Assembly (NCBI GenBank): GCA_003105185.1
Contig: PQAJ01000138.1
Location: 1-53,948, forward strand
DNA from: Holophagae bacterium
GTDB taxonomy: Bacteria; Acidobacteriota; Thermoanaerobaculia; Thermoanaerobaculales; Sulfomarinibacteraceae
Length of the DNA stretch: 53,948 nucleotides
Reading direction: 5' to 3'
Shown here one piece after another: positions 46,032-53,948 of the stretch. The notes below the pieces were generated by a model. That model was not told where the DNA came from. It ran no database searches and saw only the letters and a program-made list of their open reading frames with translations. Position numbers and translations under genes: made by a program. Every line of letters starts with the position of its first letter. The first letter of the stretch is position 1.

Positions 46032-46793
46032 TCACGCACCACCGCCGTCCGCTTCCGGGGCTCGCGGGATGGGCTGAGGCTCCAGCGTCGAGCTCAGCCA
46101 GCTCCACGACCCATCGTCCGCCACGGCGAGGCACCCCCTGGTCTCCATCCAGGCCGGGACGACCATCGCCAGGCGATCCCCGTTGCCGGTGGCCCAGCCG
46201 GTGTGGAAGTGCCCCCAGAGCAGAACGTCGACCCCCTCGGCCCAGGCGTCCCGGGCGGCCCGCTCGAGGTCGCGGATCGGCTTCCGATAGCGGTACTTCC
46301 GGTTCGTCGCCGCGAGCCTCGCCTCCATGTGACTGACGATGGCGACCGCCAGCGCGCCCGGCAGCAGCCGCGCCCAGGCCCGCGCCGGCCGTGACTTGGA
46401 GACCGCGGACCAGAAACGGTACTGGACGTCGCGCAGGTTGACCCGGTCGCCGTGCACGACCCGAAAGGCGCGGCCCCCGGCGGCGAAATCGTGCTGCCGC
46501 CCGGTCCAGTCGACCCGTTCCGCGAGCTCTGGGTCGTCGAGGAAGAAGTCGCGGTTGCCCTCGATCAACCCGATCGTCATGCCGCGGCGCCGCGCCCGGT
46601 CCCACTCGAGGAGCACCGTCTGCACCGCCGGGGTCCAGAACTTCGCCATCCCGATCAGGTACTGAAAGGCATCGCCGAGGTAGATGAGCTCGCGGAACCC
46701 CGCCTCGACGGCGCGCCCGACGAGCTGCACCATGTCGGCCGCGTCGGGCCCGGTGTGGCCGACATGCGCATCGGCGATGATGAGCCGCGTCAC
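46032..46793 (-). CDS. lpxH: UDP-2,3-diacylglucosamine diphosphatase
   Basis: ORF trimmed to GTG 46793 (VTRLIIADAHVGH). LpxH-type metallophosphoesterase motifs YLGDAFQYLIG, IEGNRDFF, VVHGD and WGHFH. Confidence 0.8.
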   Translation of the reverse strand: MTRLIIADAHVGHTGPDAADMVQLVGRAVEAGFRELIYLGDAFQYLIGMAKFWTPAVQTVLLEWDRARRRGMTIGLIEGNRDFFLDDPELAERVDWTGRQHDFAAGGRAFRVVHGDRVNLRDVQYRFWSAVSKSRPARAWARLLPGALAVAIVSHMEARLAATNRKYRYRKPIRDLERAARDAWAEGVDVLLWGHFHTGWATGNGDRLAMVVPAWMETRGCLAVADDGSWSWLSSTLEPQPIPRAPEADGGGA

Positions 46794-46888
46794 ACCTGCA
46801 TGGTACAGGAGGACCCCCCGACCCTGACCGGGCGCGGCGGCCGCGGATATACTGGGGCCGGTGCCCATTCGGAGGGATTTCGGGGCTC

Positions 46889-49800
46889 ATGCGGTGGTCG
46901 GTCCTCCTGTCGCTGCTGGCCGTGGGGCATCTGTCCGGTGCCGCGGCCGGGATCGCGCCCGCTGCTGAGCTGCGCACCAACCCTCGGGTCGCCGCCGCGC
47001 TCGTGGCCGGATGGGACGCCGGCGACGGGCGCTTCCCAGTCATCGTCCACCTCGCCGCCTCCGCGGAAGCGCGAGCCCCACTCGCACCAGAGGGAACCGG
47101 CGCCGACCGCCTCCGGCAGGAGGCCGTCGCCGAGACCATCGCCGCGGAGCTGGTGGTGCTGTCGCCCCTGCTGGATCACGGGGAGATCACCTCGGTGCAG
47201 CCCTTCCTCCTCCAGCCCGCTTTCGCGGCCACCGTCACTCGCCGCGCGCTGCTCGAGCTCGTCGACCGCCCCGAGATCGTCGAAATCGAGCCCAACCTGC
47301 GGTTCACCGCCCACACCGCCGAGGGGCTCGAGATGATCGGCGCCAACCGCCTGCACGATCTCGGCTGGTTCGGCGACGGGACGGCCGTGGCGATCATCGA
47401 CACCGGCATCGACCCCCTGCACCCCACGCTCGGCGGCCTGCCGCTGCCCAACCCCAAGGTCGTTCGCGGACTCGACACCGCCGACCTCGACGACGACCCG
47501 ACCGACTGCAACGGACACGGCACCGCCGTCGCCTCGATCGCCGCCGGCACCTCCTACCAGTGGAGCCCGCAACTCCGATTCTTCGGCGGGGTCGCTCCCG
47601 AGGCGCGCATCCTCGCCTACAAAGCCAGCCCGGACGCCGACTGCGGTTCGTTCCCGCTGTCGGCGGTGGTGGTGGCAATCGAGGACGCTCTGCTCCACCG
47701 CTCCGGCGACGGCTACCAGCTCGCCGCTATCAACCTGTCGTTCGGGGGCGGCGCGTTCGCGGGCCCGTGCGACCGCTTTGCCACCAGCTACGCAAATGCC
47801 GTCACCGCCGCCACCGAGGCCGGGGTCACGATCGTCGCCTCCTCGGGGAACGAGGGCCGGCTGACGGCGATCGCCGCCCCCGCGTGCGTCGGCGAGGTGC
47901 TGAGCGTGGCCTCGGTCTGGGACACCGACTCGGGCTGGGTGGGCTACAGCTTCTGCCTCGACCCCGCATGCGCGTCGCGCTGCGACGACAGCTTCCGGCC
48001 CGCTGGGGCGGTCACCTGCTACAGCAACTCGAGCCCCGTCCTCGACCTGCTCGCGCCCTCCGAGTACCTGCGGGCGGCGCGCGCGAACGGGCAGACCATC
48101 GAGTTCGGAGGGACCTCGGGCGCTGCGGCCTATGCCACCGGCGCGGTCGCGCTGCTCCGCCAGGCAGTGCCGGAGCTCGAACCGGCTGCGCTGCGCCAGC
48201 TGCTGCAGCTCAGCGGCGACCCGACCCTCGACCCCCGAACCGGCCTGGTGCGCCCGCGAATCAACCTCGAGCGGTCCCTCGCCGCCGTCGGTCGCATCCA
48301 TGCCTCGGACGCGTCCGGCATGAACATTCCCGTCGGGACCGGTACCCCGACAGTGTCGACCGTGGACGTCGACCAAGCGGGCATCATCGGCTCGGTCCGA
48401 GTCCTGCTCGAGGTCATCCACCCCGAGCCCGAGCGACTGGAGATTGCGCTCGTCGCGCCGACCGGAACTCGTTCGCGGCTGCACCACCATGGACCCGGAT
48501 CCATCCCCGCATCGGGCGGCGACCCACACAGCGACGGCGTCTGGGGACTGTTCCCGGACGAGCTCGAGCCGGTGGACAGCCTCGGTGTCTTCTCCGGCCA
48601 GCCTGCCGCCGGGACCTGGCGCCTCGAGCTCCTCGACGGCGGCCCCGCCGCGCCGGGGGGTGAGCTCGCGCGCCTGGTCGGCTGGGCCCTGTCCATCGAC
48701 AGCGCCGAGCCCCCACCGACACCCACGACGACGACGGTCGTCGTTCCAGTGGTCGCCCACGGCCACGGCGCCCACGGCGCCGTGTGGAGGTCGGACGTCC
48801 GCATCTTCAACCCCTCCCCGGACACCACCGCTCCCGCCCGGCTCTACTTCGTGCCGTCATCCGAGGACGGGACGCAGGTCTTTCGGCAGAGCGAGCTCGT
48901 GCTCCCCCAGCACACGGTGGTCGAGCTGCCGGACGTCGTCGAGCGCCGCTTCGCGGGCGCCGCGGCGCGCGGTTCGCTCATCCTCGAGACCGCGGCTCCG
49001 AACCTCGTGGTCACCTCGCGCACCTTCACCGGCGATGAGACGTCGGGCAGCTACGGGCAGTTCATCGGCAGCGTCGCCCCCCCCAACCTCACCGCGTACG
49101 GTCAACCGCCGCTCGTGATCGGCGAGCTCGGCACCGGCGCCGATGTCCGCACCAACCTCGGGCTGACCGAGGTCGCGGGCGCGAGCGCCACGGTGACCGT
49201 TGTCCGATTCAACGGCGACACCGGAGCCACGGTGGGCGCACCGGCCGTGTTCACGGTCGCGCCCTTCTCCAACCTCCAGGTGCCGCTCGCAAGCCTCCCC
49301 GCGGCCGCCCCCGCCTATGCCATCGTCACCGTGTCCGCAGGTGCCGGCCGGATCACGGCTTACGCGTCGCTTGTCGACAACCACACCGGCGACGCGGTCT
49401 TCATCCCGGCGGTGCGGCCGCCCCCGGTCGACCGCCTCATGGTCCCGGTGGTCGCGCGTCACCCGGGACGCGAGGCGACTCGGTGGCGCAGCTCGCTCCA
49501 GGTCGTCAACCTCGGCCAGGCCGCGGTGACGCTCGACCTCCAGCTGCGACCCAGGATGGGCAGCCCGTCCAGCGCCGGCAGCGCAGCCGTGACCGTCCAG
49601 CCGGGCCGCGCCCTCGCGGTCGCGGACGTGGTCAGGGAGCTCTTCGGTCTGGACCAGGCCGTCGGCTCGCTCCAGATCAACGTGGTGCAGGGACCGGCCA
49701 CCATCGTCGCCACGTCGCGCACCTTCAACGTGACCGCCGACGGCACCTACGGGCAAGGGGTCCCGGCGGTGGCCTCCGGCGTCGGCCCCGCCGCCGTGAT

Positions 49801-50119
49801 CTCGCACGTCGACGCCACCAGTTCGCTGCGCACGAACCTCGGGCTGTGCGAGGTGGCCGGCTCGACCGTTCGCGTGCGCTGCACCATCCGCGACGCTCAC
49901 GGTCGTCAGCTCGGCCAACCCCTGATCCTCGATCCGGGGCCGTTCGAGCTCGTCCAGGTCGACGACGTCTTCGCCGCTGCCGGCGCGTCCCCGACCCACA
50001 ACTGCCGCATCGAGCTCACGAGAGTGTCCGGAACCGGCGATTTCGTGGGCTACGCGTCGGTGGTTGACGCCCTGACCGGAGACGCGATCTGCGTCCCGGC
50101 GATTTCCCAGTCGCAGTAG
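46889..50119 (+). CDS. secreted subtilisin-family (S8) protease with proprotein-convertase P-domain and two C-terminal repeats of an unrecognised domain
   Basis: Signal peptide MRWSVLLSLLAVGHLSGAAAG. Catalytic triad D171 (AIIDTGID), H210 (CNGHGTAVAS) and S410 (GGTSGAAAY). P-domain-like region around GSVRVLLEVIHPEPERLEIALVAPTG...GTWRLELLD. Then two repeats of about 225 aa. Confidence 0.9.
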   Translation: MRWSVLLSLLAVGHLSGAAAGIAPAAELRTNPRVAAALVAGWDAGDGRFPVIVHLAASAEARAPLAPEGTGADRLRQEAVAETIAAELVVLSPLLDHGEITSVQPFLLQPAFAATVTRRALLELVDRPEIVEIEPNLRFTAHTAEGLEMIGANRLHDLGWFGDGTAVAIIDTGIDPLHPTLGGLPLPNPKVVRGLDTADLDDDPTDCNGHGTAVASIAAGTSYQWSPQLRFFGGVAPEARILAYKASPDADCGSFPLSAVVVAIEDALLHRSGDGYQLAAINLSFGGGAFAGPCDRFATSYANAVTAATEAGVTIVASSGNEGRLTAIAAPACVGEVLSVASVWDTDSGWVGYSFCLDPACASRCDDSFRPAGAVTCYSNSSPVLDLLAPSEYLRAARANGQTIEFGGTSGAAAYATGAVALLRQAVPELEPAALRQLLQLSGDPTLDPRTGLVRPRINLERSLAAVGRIHASDASGMNIPVGTGTPTVSTVDVDQAGIIGSVRVLLEVIHPEPERLEIALVAPTGTRSRLHHHGPGSIPASGGDPHSDGVWGLFPDELEPVDSLGVFSGQPAAGTWRLELLDGGPAAPGGELARLVGWALSIDSAEPPPTPTTTTVVVPVVAHGHGAHGAVWRSDVRIFNPSPDTTAPARLYFVPSSEDGTQVFRQSELVLPQHTVVELPDVVERRFAGAAARGSLILETAAPNLVVTSRTFTGDETSGSYGQFIGSVAPPNLTAYGQPPLVIGELGTGADVRTNLGLTEVAGASATVTVVRFNGDTGATVGAPAVFTVAPFSNLQVPLASLPAAAPAYAIVTVSAGAGRITAYASLVDNHTGDAVFIPAVRPPPVDRLMVPVVARHPGREATRWRSSLQVVNLGQAAVTLDLQLRPRMGSPSSAGSAAVTVQPGRALAVADVVRELFGLDQAVGSLQINVVQGPATIVATSRTFNVTADGTYGQGVPAVASGVGPAAVISHVDATSSLRTNLGLCEVAGSTVRVRCTIRDAHGRQLGQPLILDPGPFELVQVDDVFAAAGASPTHNCRIELTRVSGTGDFVGYASVVDALTGDAICVPAISQSQ

Positions 50120-50356
50120 CCGCGCTCCGTCGACCGTGCGCTCACCCGTGCCGGCACAGCCGCCGACTCCAGCGCCAGTGCTCCTATTGGCGACCTCCTC
50201 GCGCGCTGCTGGCGTGCAGCCATCGGCAGTCAGCGCAGTGCTTCCCGAGGATCGGGCTTGATCGCGCGACAGCGCCTTCCTGCGTGAAGCCAATGGTGAG
50301 GTGTATCACCCAACCTCCCGGCCGGTAACCATAGAATCGACGGAGGGGAGTCGATT

Positions 50357-51934
50357 TTGGAGCGTCTCGCTCGAGTCGTTGTGGTTATCGCTCTCGCCGC
50401 GGTCCCGGCCGCCGGTGGGGCGAGCGCCGCCACCTCGGTCCTGCTCGGTGACACCGTCACCTGCGACGCCTCGGCCACCGAGGGCCACCCCTCCTCCTAT
50501 GCCTGGTACGTCACTGAGCCCGGAGGATCGCCGCCGACCCAGCCGACGTCGACCGCGATCAGCTTCCCGCTCCTGCTCGACGCCATTGGCACTTGGACGA
50601 TCGAGCTGGTGGTCGGCTACCCCCACCAAGCCCCTGGTGGCGGCACCTACCAGGCCGAGGCGAGCACGACCATCCAGGTCGAGGTGGTCGTCACCTCACT
50701 CGAGCTGTCGGACACCCAGATCACGACCGAGGAGAGCCTGACGCTGGACGGCACCGCCTCCCGCTGGTCCGACTGGGTGACCCCGACCGTGATGTTTCGC
50801 CTCGATTGGGTCGCCTATGCCCCGTGCAACGTACAGTCCCCGCCCGATCCGTCGGTCCTCACCTGCGTCGTTCCGCCGGGTTTCTTCGAGCCCGGGCCGC
50901 ACATCGCCTCGCTCCGGCTGCAGGATCCGGTCAGCGGCAGCTACAGCCGCGCGACAGTCGACTTCGAGGTCGTGGCGGTGTCGCCGCTGGCGGTCGACTT
51001 CAGCTGGGAGCCCGTCAACCCGGATCCCGGAGCTCTGGTCCAGCTCGAGATCCAGGTCCAGCCGCCGGAGGCCGAGGCCGACCTCCTCACCGCCACCTGG
51101 GACTGGGACGACGGCCAGGTCCTCCAGCAGCCCTGCCAACCGTACGGCTGCATGTTCGCGAGCCACGAGTGGGCCCAGCAGGGCTGGTACGACGTGCACC
51201 TCCTGGTCGAAACCGCCGACGAGTCAGCCGAGGTCACCCGCACCATCCAGGTCGGCAACCCGCCGACGCCGCCGGTGGCTGCCTTCACCGCCACGCCCGC
51301 GAGCCCGCTGCTGGTGCGGCCGGTCACCTTCACCTTCACCGGCTCGTGCGAGGAGCCGTGCACCTACGCGTGGGCCTTCGGCGATGGCGCCACGGCGTCG
51401 ATCCCGAGCCCCAGCCACACCTACGTCGTGCCCGGCACCTACACCGCCCGCTTGACCGTGACCAACGACGGCGGCTGCGACAGCGAGCAGCTCCCCATCA
51501 CCGTCTCCCCGTGCTGGTCCCCGGCGAGCCCGGTGCAGTCCGGCACCTGCTACGGTGCGCCGATCCAGCTGACCGCGGCCGCTGGCGTGGCGTGGCTGTG
51601 GAGCACCGGCGCGACCTCGCGCACGGTCACCGTCGGCCTGGCCGGAGACTACTGGGTCGACGTCAACAGCGGCGGCTCCTGCTGGGGGCATTCACCGTGG
51701 ACGGTGGCGCTCGCCAACTGCGGCGATCCGGGCGGCGACGCCAACCTCGACGGCGCGACCGATCTCGCCGACGTGCCGGCGCTGCTGCGCGAGCTTGCCG
51801 ATGGCGACGGGACCGCCGTCATCGACGCAGGCGCCGCCGATCTCAGCGCGCCCGGGGGCGACGTCACCCGCGACTGGCTCCTCACCGCCTCCGACCTGGA
51901 GGCGATCCTCGCGATCCTGTTCGCCGGACCGTGA
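50357..51934 (+). CDS. secreted PKD-repeat protein with dockerin/EF-hand-like C-terminus
   Basis: TTG start 6 nt after GGAGGGGAG, and signal peptide MERLARVVVVIALAAVPAAGGASA. PKD-like motifs (WDWDDGQ, YAWAFGDGATASIPSPSHTYVVPGTYTARLTVTNDGGC). C-terminal GDANLDGATDLADVPALLREL resembles a dockerin repeat. Confidence 0.8.
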   Translation: MERLARVVVVIALAAVPAAGGASAATSVLLGDTVTCDASATEGHPSSYAWYVTEPGGSPPTQPTSTAISFPLLLDAIGTWTIELVVGYPHQAPGGGTYQAEASTTIQVEVVVTSLELSDTQITTEESLTLDGTASRWSDWVTPTVMFRLDWVAYAPCNVQSPPDPSVLTCVVPPGFFEPGPHIASLRLQDPVSGSYSRATVDFEVVAVSPLAVDFSWEPVNPDPGALVQLEIQVQPPEAEADLLTATWDWDDGQVLQQPCQPYGCMFASHEWAQQGWYDVHLLVETADESAEVTRTIQVGNPPTPPVAAFTATPASPLLVRPVTFTFTGSCEEPCTYAWAFGDGATASIPSPSHTYVVPGTYTARLTVTNDGGCDSEQLPITVSPCWSPASPVQSGTCYGAPIQLTAAAGVAWLWSTGATSRTVTVGLAGDYWVDVNSGGSCWGHSPWTVALANCGDPGGDANLDGATDLADVPALLRELADGDGTAVIDAGAADLSAPGGDVTRDWLLTASDLEAILAILFAGP

Positions 51935-51994
51935 GCCTTCGCACTCGGCGAAGATCAGCCGAAACCGCTCCGTCGACCGTTCGCAGTGATTCGA

Positions 51995-53077
51995 CTAACC
52001 GTTGCGCTGCGCGAAGTCCTTCATGAAGCTCGCCAGCGCCTCGACGCCGTCGATCCCCATCGCGTTGTAGATCGACGCCCGGCAGCCGCCGACCGAGCGG
52101 TGCCCTTTGAGACCGAACATCCGGTTCGTCTTGGCCTCGCCGAGGAACTTGCCCTCGAGCTCCTCGGAGGGGAGCCGCCAAACCACGTTCATCACCGACC
52201 GGCTGGCCGGCTCCACCGGGCAGCGGTAGAAGCCGGAACTGCCGTCGATGGTGCCGTACAGAAGCTCGGCCTTGGCGCGGTTTCTCCGCTCCATCGCAGC
52301 GAGGCCGCCCTCGGCCTTCACCCACTGCAGCACGTTGCGGACGATGTAGATCGAGAACGTGGGCGGGGTGTTGTAGAGCGATTCCTCCTTGAGGTGGATG
52401 CCGTACCTGAGCATGGTCGGCAGCCCGCTGTTCGCCGTCTCCACCCACGAGCGCTTCACGATCACCGCAGTGACGCCCGACGGGCCGAGGTTCTTCTGGG
52501 CGCCGGCGTAGATCAGCGCGAAGCGGTTGGCATCGAACGGCCGCCACAGCAGGTCCGACGACATGTCGGCGACCATCGGCACCGCCCCGGGGGTCGGGAA
52601 CTCGTGGTACTGGGTGCCCTTGATCGTGTTGTTCGACGTGATGTGGACGTAGGCGGCCCCCGGATCGAGGTCGAGCTCGTGCTGGGCCGGGACGCGTGTG
52701 AACCCGTTGCCCTCCGAGGTCCCGGCGATCCGGGCCTTGGCCACGATGTTCGCCTCCTTGAAGGCCTTCTCGGCCCACGAGCCGGTGATCACGTAGTCCG
52801 CGGAGCCGCCCTTCGGGATGAAGTTCATCGGCACCATCGCGAACTGCAAGGAGGCGCCGCCCTGCAGGAAGAGCACGATGTGGTCGTCGTCGAGCCCGAG
52901 CAGCTCGCGGAACAGGTCCATCGCCTCGTGGTGCACCGCGTCGTACTCCTTCGAGCGGTGCGAGGTCTCCATGACCGACATCCCGGTCCCAGCCCAGTCG
53001 ATCATCTCATCCCGCGCGCGCTCGAGCGCGGACAGCGGCAGGGTCGCGGGGCCAGCGTAGAAGTTCCAGCTCCTCAT
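51995..53077 (-). CDS. serC: phosphoserine aminotransferase
   Basis: 360 aa. FYAGPATLP near the N-terminus, GAQKNLGPSGVT with the PLP lysine, and GGCRASIYNA near the C-terminus. Confidence 0.95.
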   Translation of the reverse strand: MRSWNFYAGPATLPLSALERARDEMIDWAGTGMSVMETSHRSKEYDAVHHEAMDLFRELLGLDDDHIVLFLQGGASLQFAMVPMNFIPKGGSADYVITGSWAEKAFKEANIVAKARIAGTSEGNGFTRVPAQHELDLDPGAAYVHITSNNTIKGTQYHEFPTPGAVPMVADMSSDLLWRPFDANRFALIYAGAQKNLGPSGVTAVIVKRSWVETANSGLPTMLRYGIHLKEESLYNTPPTFSIYIVRNVLQWVKAEGGLAAMERRNRAKAELLYGTIDGSSGFYRCPVEPASRSVMNVVWRLPSEELEGKFLGEAKTNRMFGLKGHRSVGGCRASIYNAMGIDGVEALASFMKDFAQRNG

Positions 53078-53088
53078 GGCGCCTCCCT

Positions 53089-53948
53089 TCAGGCGGTGTG
53101 GCTGACGAAGTCCTCGAGGATGTGGATGACCACATCCCCGATCCGCAGCAGGTTCTCGGTGCTCGATGCTCCGATGTGCGGGGTCATCACCACGTTCGGG
53201 GCATCATAAAGCGGGCACGCCGGATCCGGCGGATCTGAGAAGAAGACGTCGGTCGCGAAAGCGCGCAGCTTGCCCGACCGGAGGGCTTCCACGAGGTCTG
53301 CCTCGACGACGCACTTTCCGCGCGCCGTGTTGATGATCACCGCGCCGTCCTTCATCTTGTTGATGGTGCCGGCGTTGATCATGCCCCGGGTCTCGTCGGT
53401 CAGCGGGACGTGCAGCGACAGGTAGTCGGACTGGCTGAGCAACTGCTCGAGGCTGACCAGCTGCAGCAGCTCGTGGCTCCGGATCAGTGGGTCGTACGCA
53501 ATCACCCGCATCCCGAAGGCGAGCGCTCGCCGCGCCAGCTCGGTGCCGATGTTGCCGGCGCCGATCAGCCCGAGCGTCTTGCCCATCAGCTCGGTGCGCT
53601 TGAGCTCCTTCTTGAGCCACTGGCGCTGCGTCATGCTGAAGTGCCCGTCGATCAGCCGGGCCGGCACCGCGATCATCAGCGCGAACGCCAGCTCGGCGAC
53701 GGCGACCGCCGACGCCTCGGCGGTGTTGAAGACCTGGATGCCCTTGGAGCGCGCGTAGTCGACGTCGATGTTGTCGAGCCCGACCCCGCCGCGGATGATC
53801 AGTCGCAGCTTCTTGGCGCGGTCGATGTAGGCGCGGTCGCACTTCGTTTTCGAGCGCACCAGGACCACATCCGCCTCGGCCATCTGCTCCTTGTCGTCGG
53901 TGACCTCGCCGAACGCCGCCAGCTTGCCCGGCAGCGAGGGGTCGAATG
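53089..53948 (-). CDS. serA: D-3-phosphoglycerate dehydrogenase-like 2-hydroxyacid dehydrogenase (N-terminus beyond right edge)
   Basis: NAD-binding GLIGAGNIGTELARR, catalytic region NTARG...TPHIGAS. The frame stays open upstream of the ORF-track Met (53883) to the window end. Adjacent to serC. Confidence 0.85.
   Translation of the reverse strand, partial: FDPSLPGKLAAFGEVTDDKEQMAEADVVLVRSKTKCDRAYIDRAKKLRLIIRGGVGLDNIDVDYARSKGIQVFNTAEASAVAVAELAFALMIAVPARLIDGHFSMTQRQWLKKELKRTELMGKTLGLIGAGNIGTELARRALAFGMRVIAYDPLIRSHELLQLVSLEQLLSQSDYLSLHVPLTDETRGMINAGTINKMKDGAVIINTARGKCVVEADLVEALRSGKLRAFATDVFFSDPPDPACPLYDAPNVVMTPHIGASSTENLLRIGDVVIHILEDFVSHTA

Noticed and set aside
46848-46853. TATACT hexamers as -10 elements upstream of the S8 protease (CTGACC-N18-TATACT, about 46824-46853) and the thioesterase (about 729-734).
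   Set aside because: They are plausible, but the -35 matches are weak and I could not verify the spacing with confidence. They are not listed as features.
50188-50202. Sigma-54-like TGGCGA-N5-TCGC upstream of the PKD gene. Similar GG-N10-GC strings occur inside gpmI (about 20925-20945, minus) and at about 627-641.
   Set aside because: They match only the invariant GG/GC dinucleotides plus a few flanking bases, and such strings are frequent in GC-rich DNA. No supporting terminator or UAS-like features are present. Only the 44494 site is a full consensus match.

Overview
High-GC (about 70%) bacterial chromosomal segment from a diderm organism: lpxB, lpxH, lptB, a fused lptF-lptG and an lptC/lptA-like gene are all present. 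The lineage cannot be assigned from sequence alone. From 2.3 to 46.8 kb nearly every gene is on the minus strand; the AMMECR1 gene is the only exception. Most of the window is housekeeping: parA-parB, miaB, an lptB-rpoN-hpf-ptsN-hprK-rapZ-EIIA(Man)-ptsH-ptsI block, accA, gpmI, a PP2C phosphatase, rodZ, ribF, rimO, lpxB, ihf/hu, rpsA, cmk, murB-like, lpxH, serC and a serA-like gene. Accessory content is (a) a roughly 1.6 kb decayed phage-like island (25.86-27.45 kb) with an intact HNH endonuclease, a broken phage-type gene and short repeat arrays, and (b) a secreted kexin-like S8 protease followed by a PKD/dockerin-like protein (46.9-51.9 kb). The strongest novelty candidates are: (1) a compact sigma-54-promoted, terminator-bounded small RNA of about 80 nt with an anti-Shine-Dalgarno C/U tract, next to a sigma-54 enhancer-binding protein gene (44.49-44.60 kb); (2) a secreted DUF1573-type protein whose only in-frame stop is a TGA at the first Cys of the conserved SCGCT motif, followed directly by a SECIS-like hairpin (38.0 kb); (3) an unusually consolidated Lpt machinery (LptF-LptG fusion, long LptC/LptA-like protein) with lptB apparently starting at CTG; (4) a recurring intergenic motif CGCTCCGTCGACC. 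All calls come from reading the sequence and the supplied ORF track and from remembered family motifs. No database search or folding program was run. Motif coordinates read from the printed sequence may be off by 1-2 nt.
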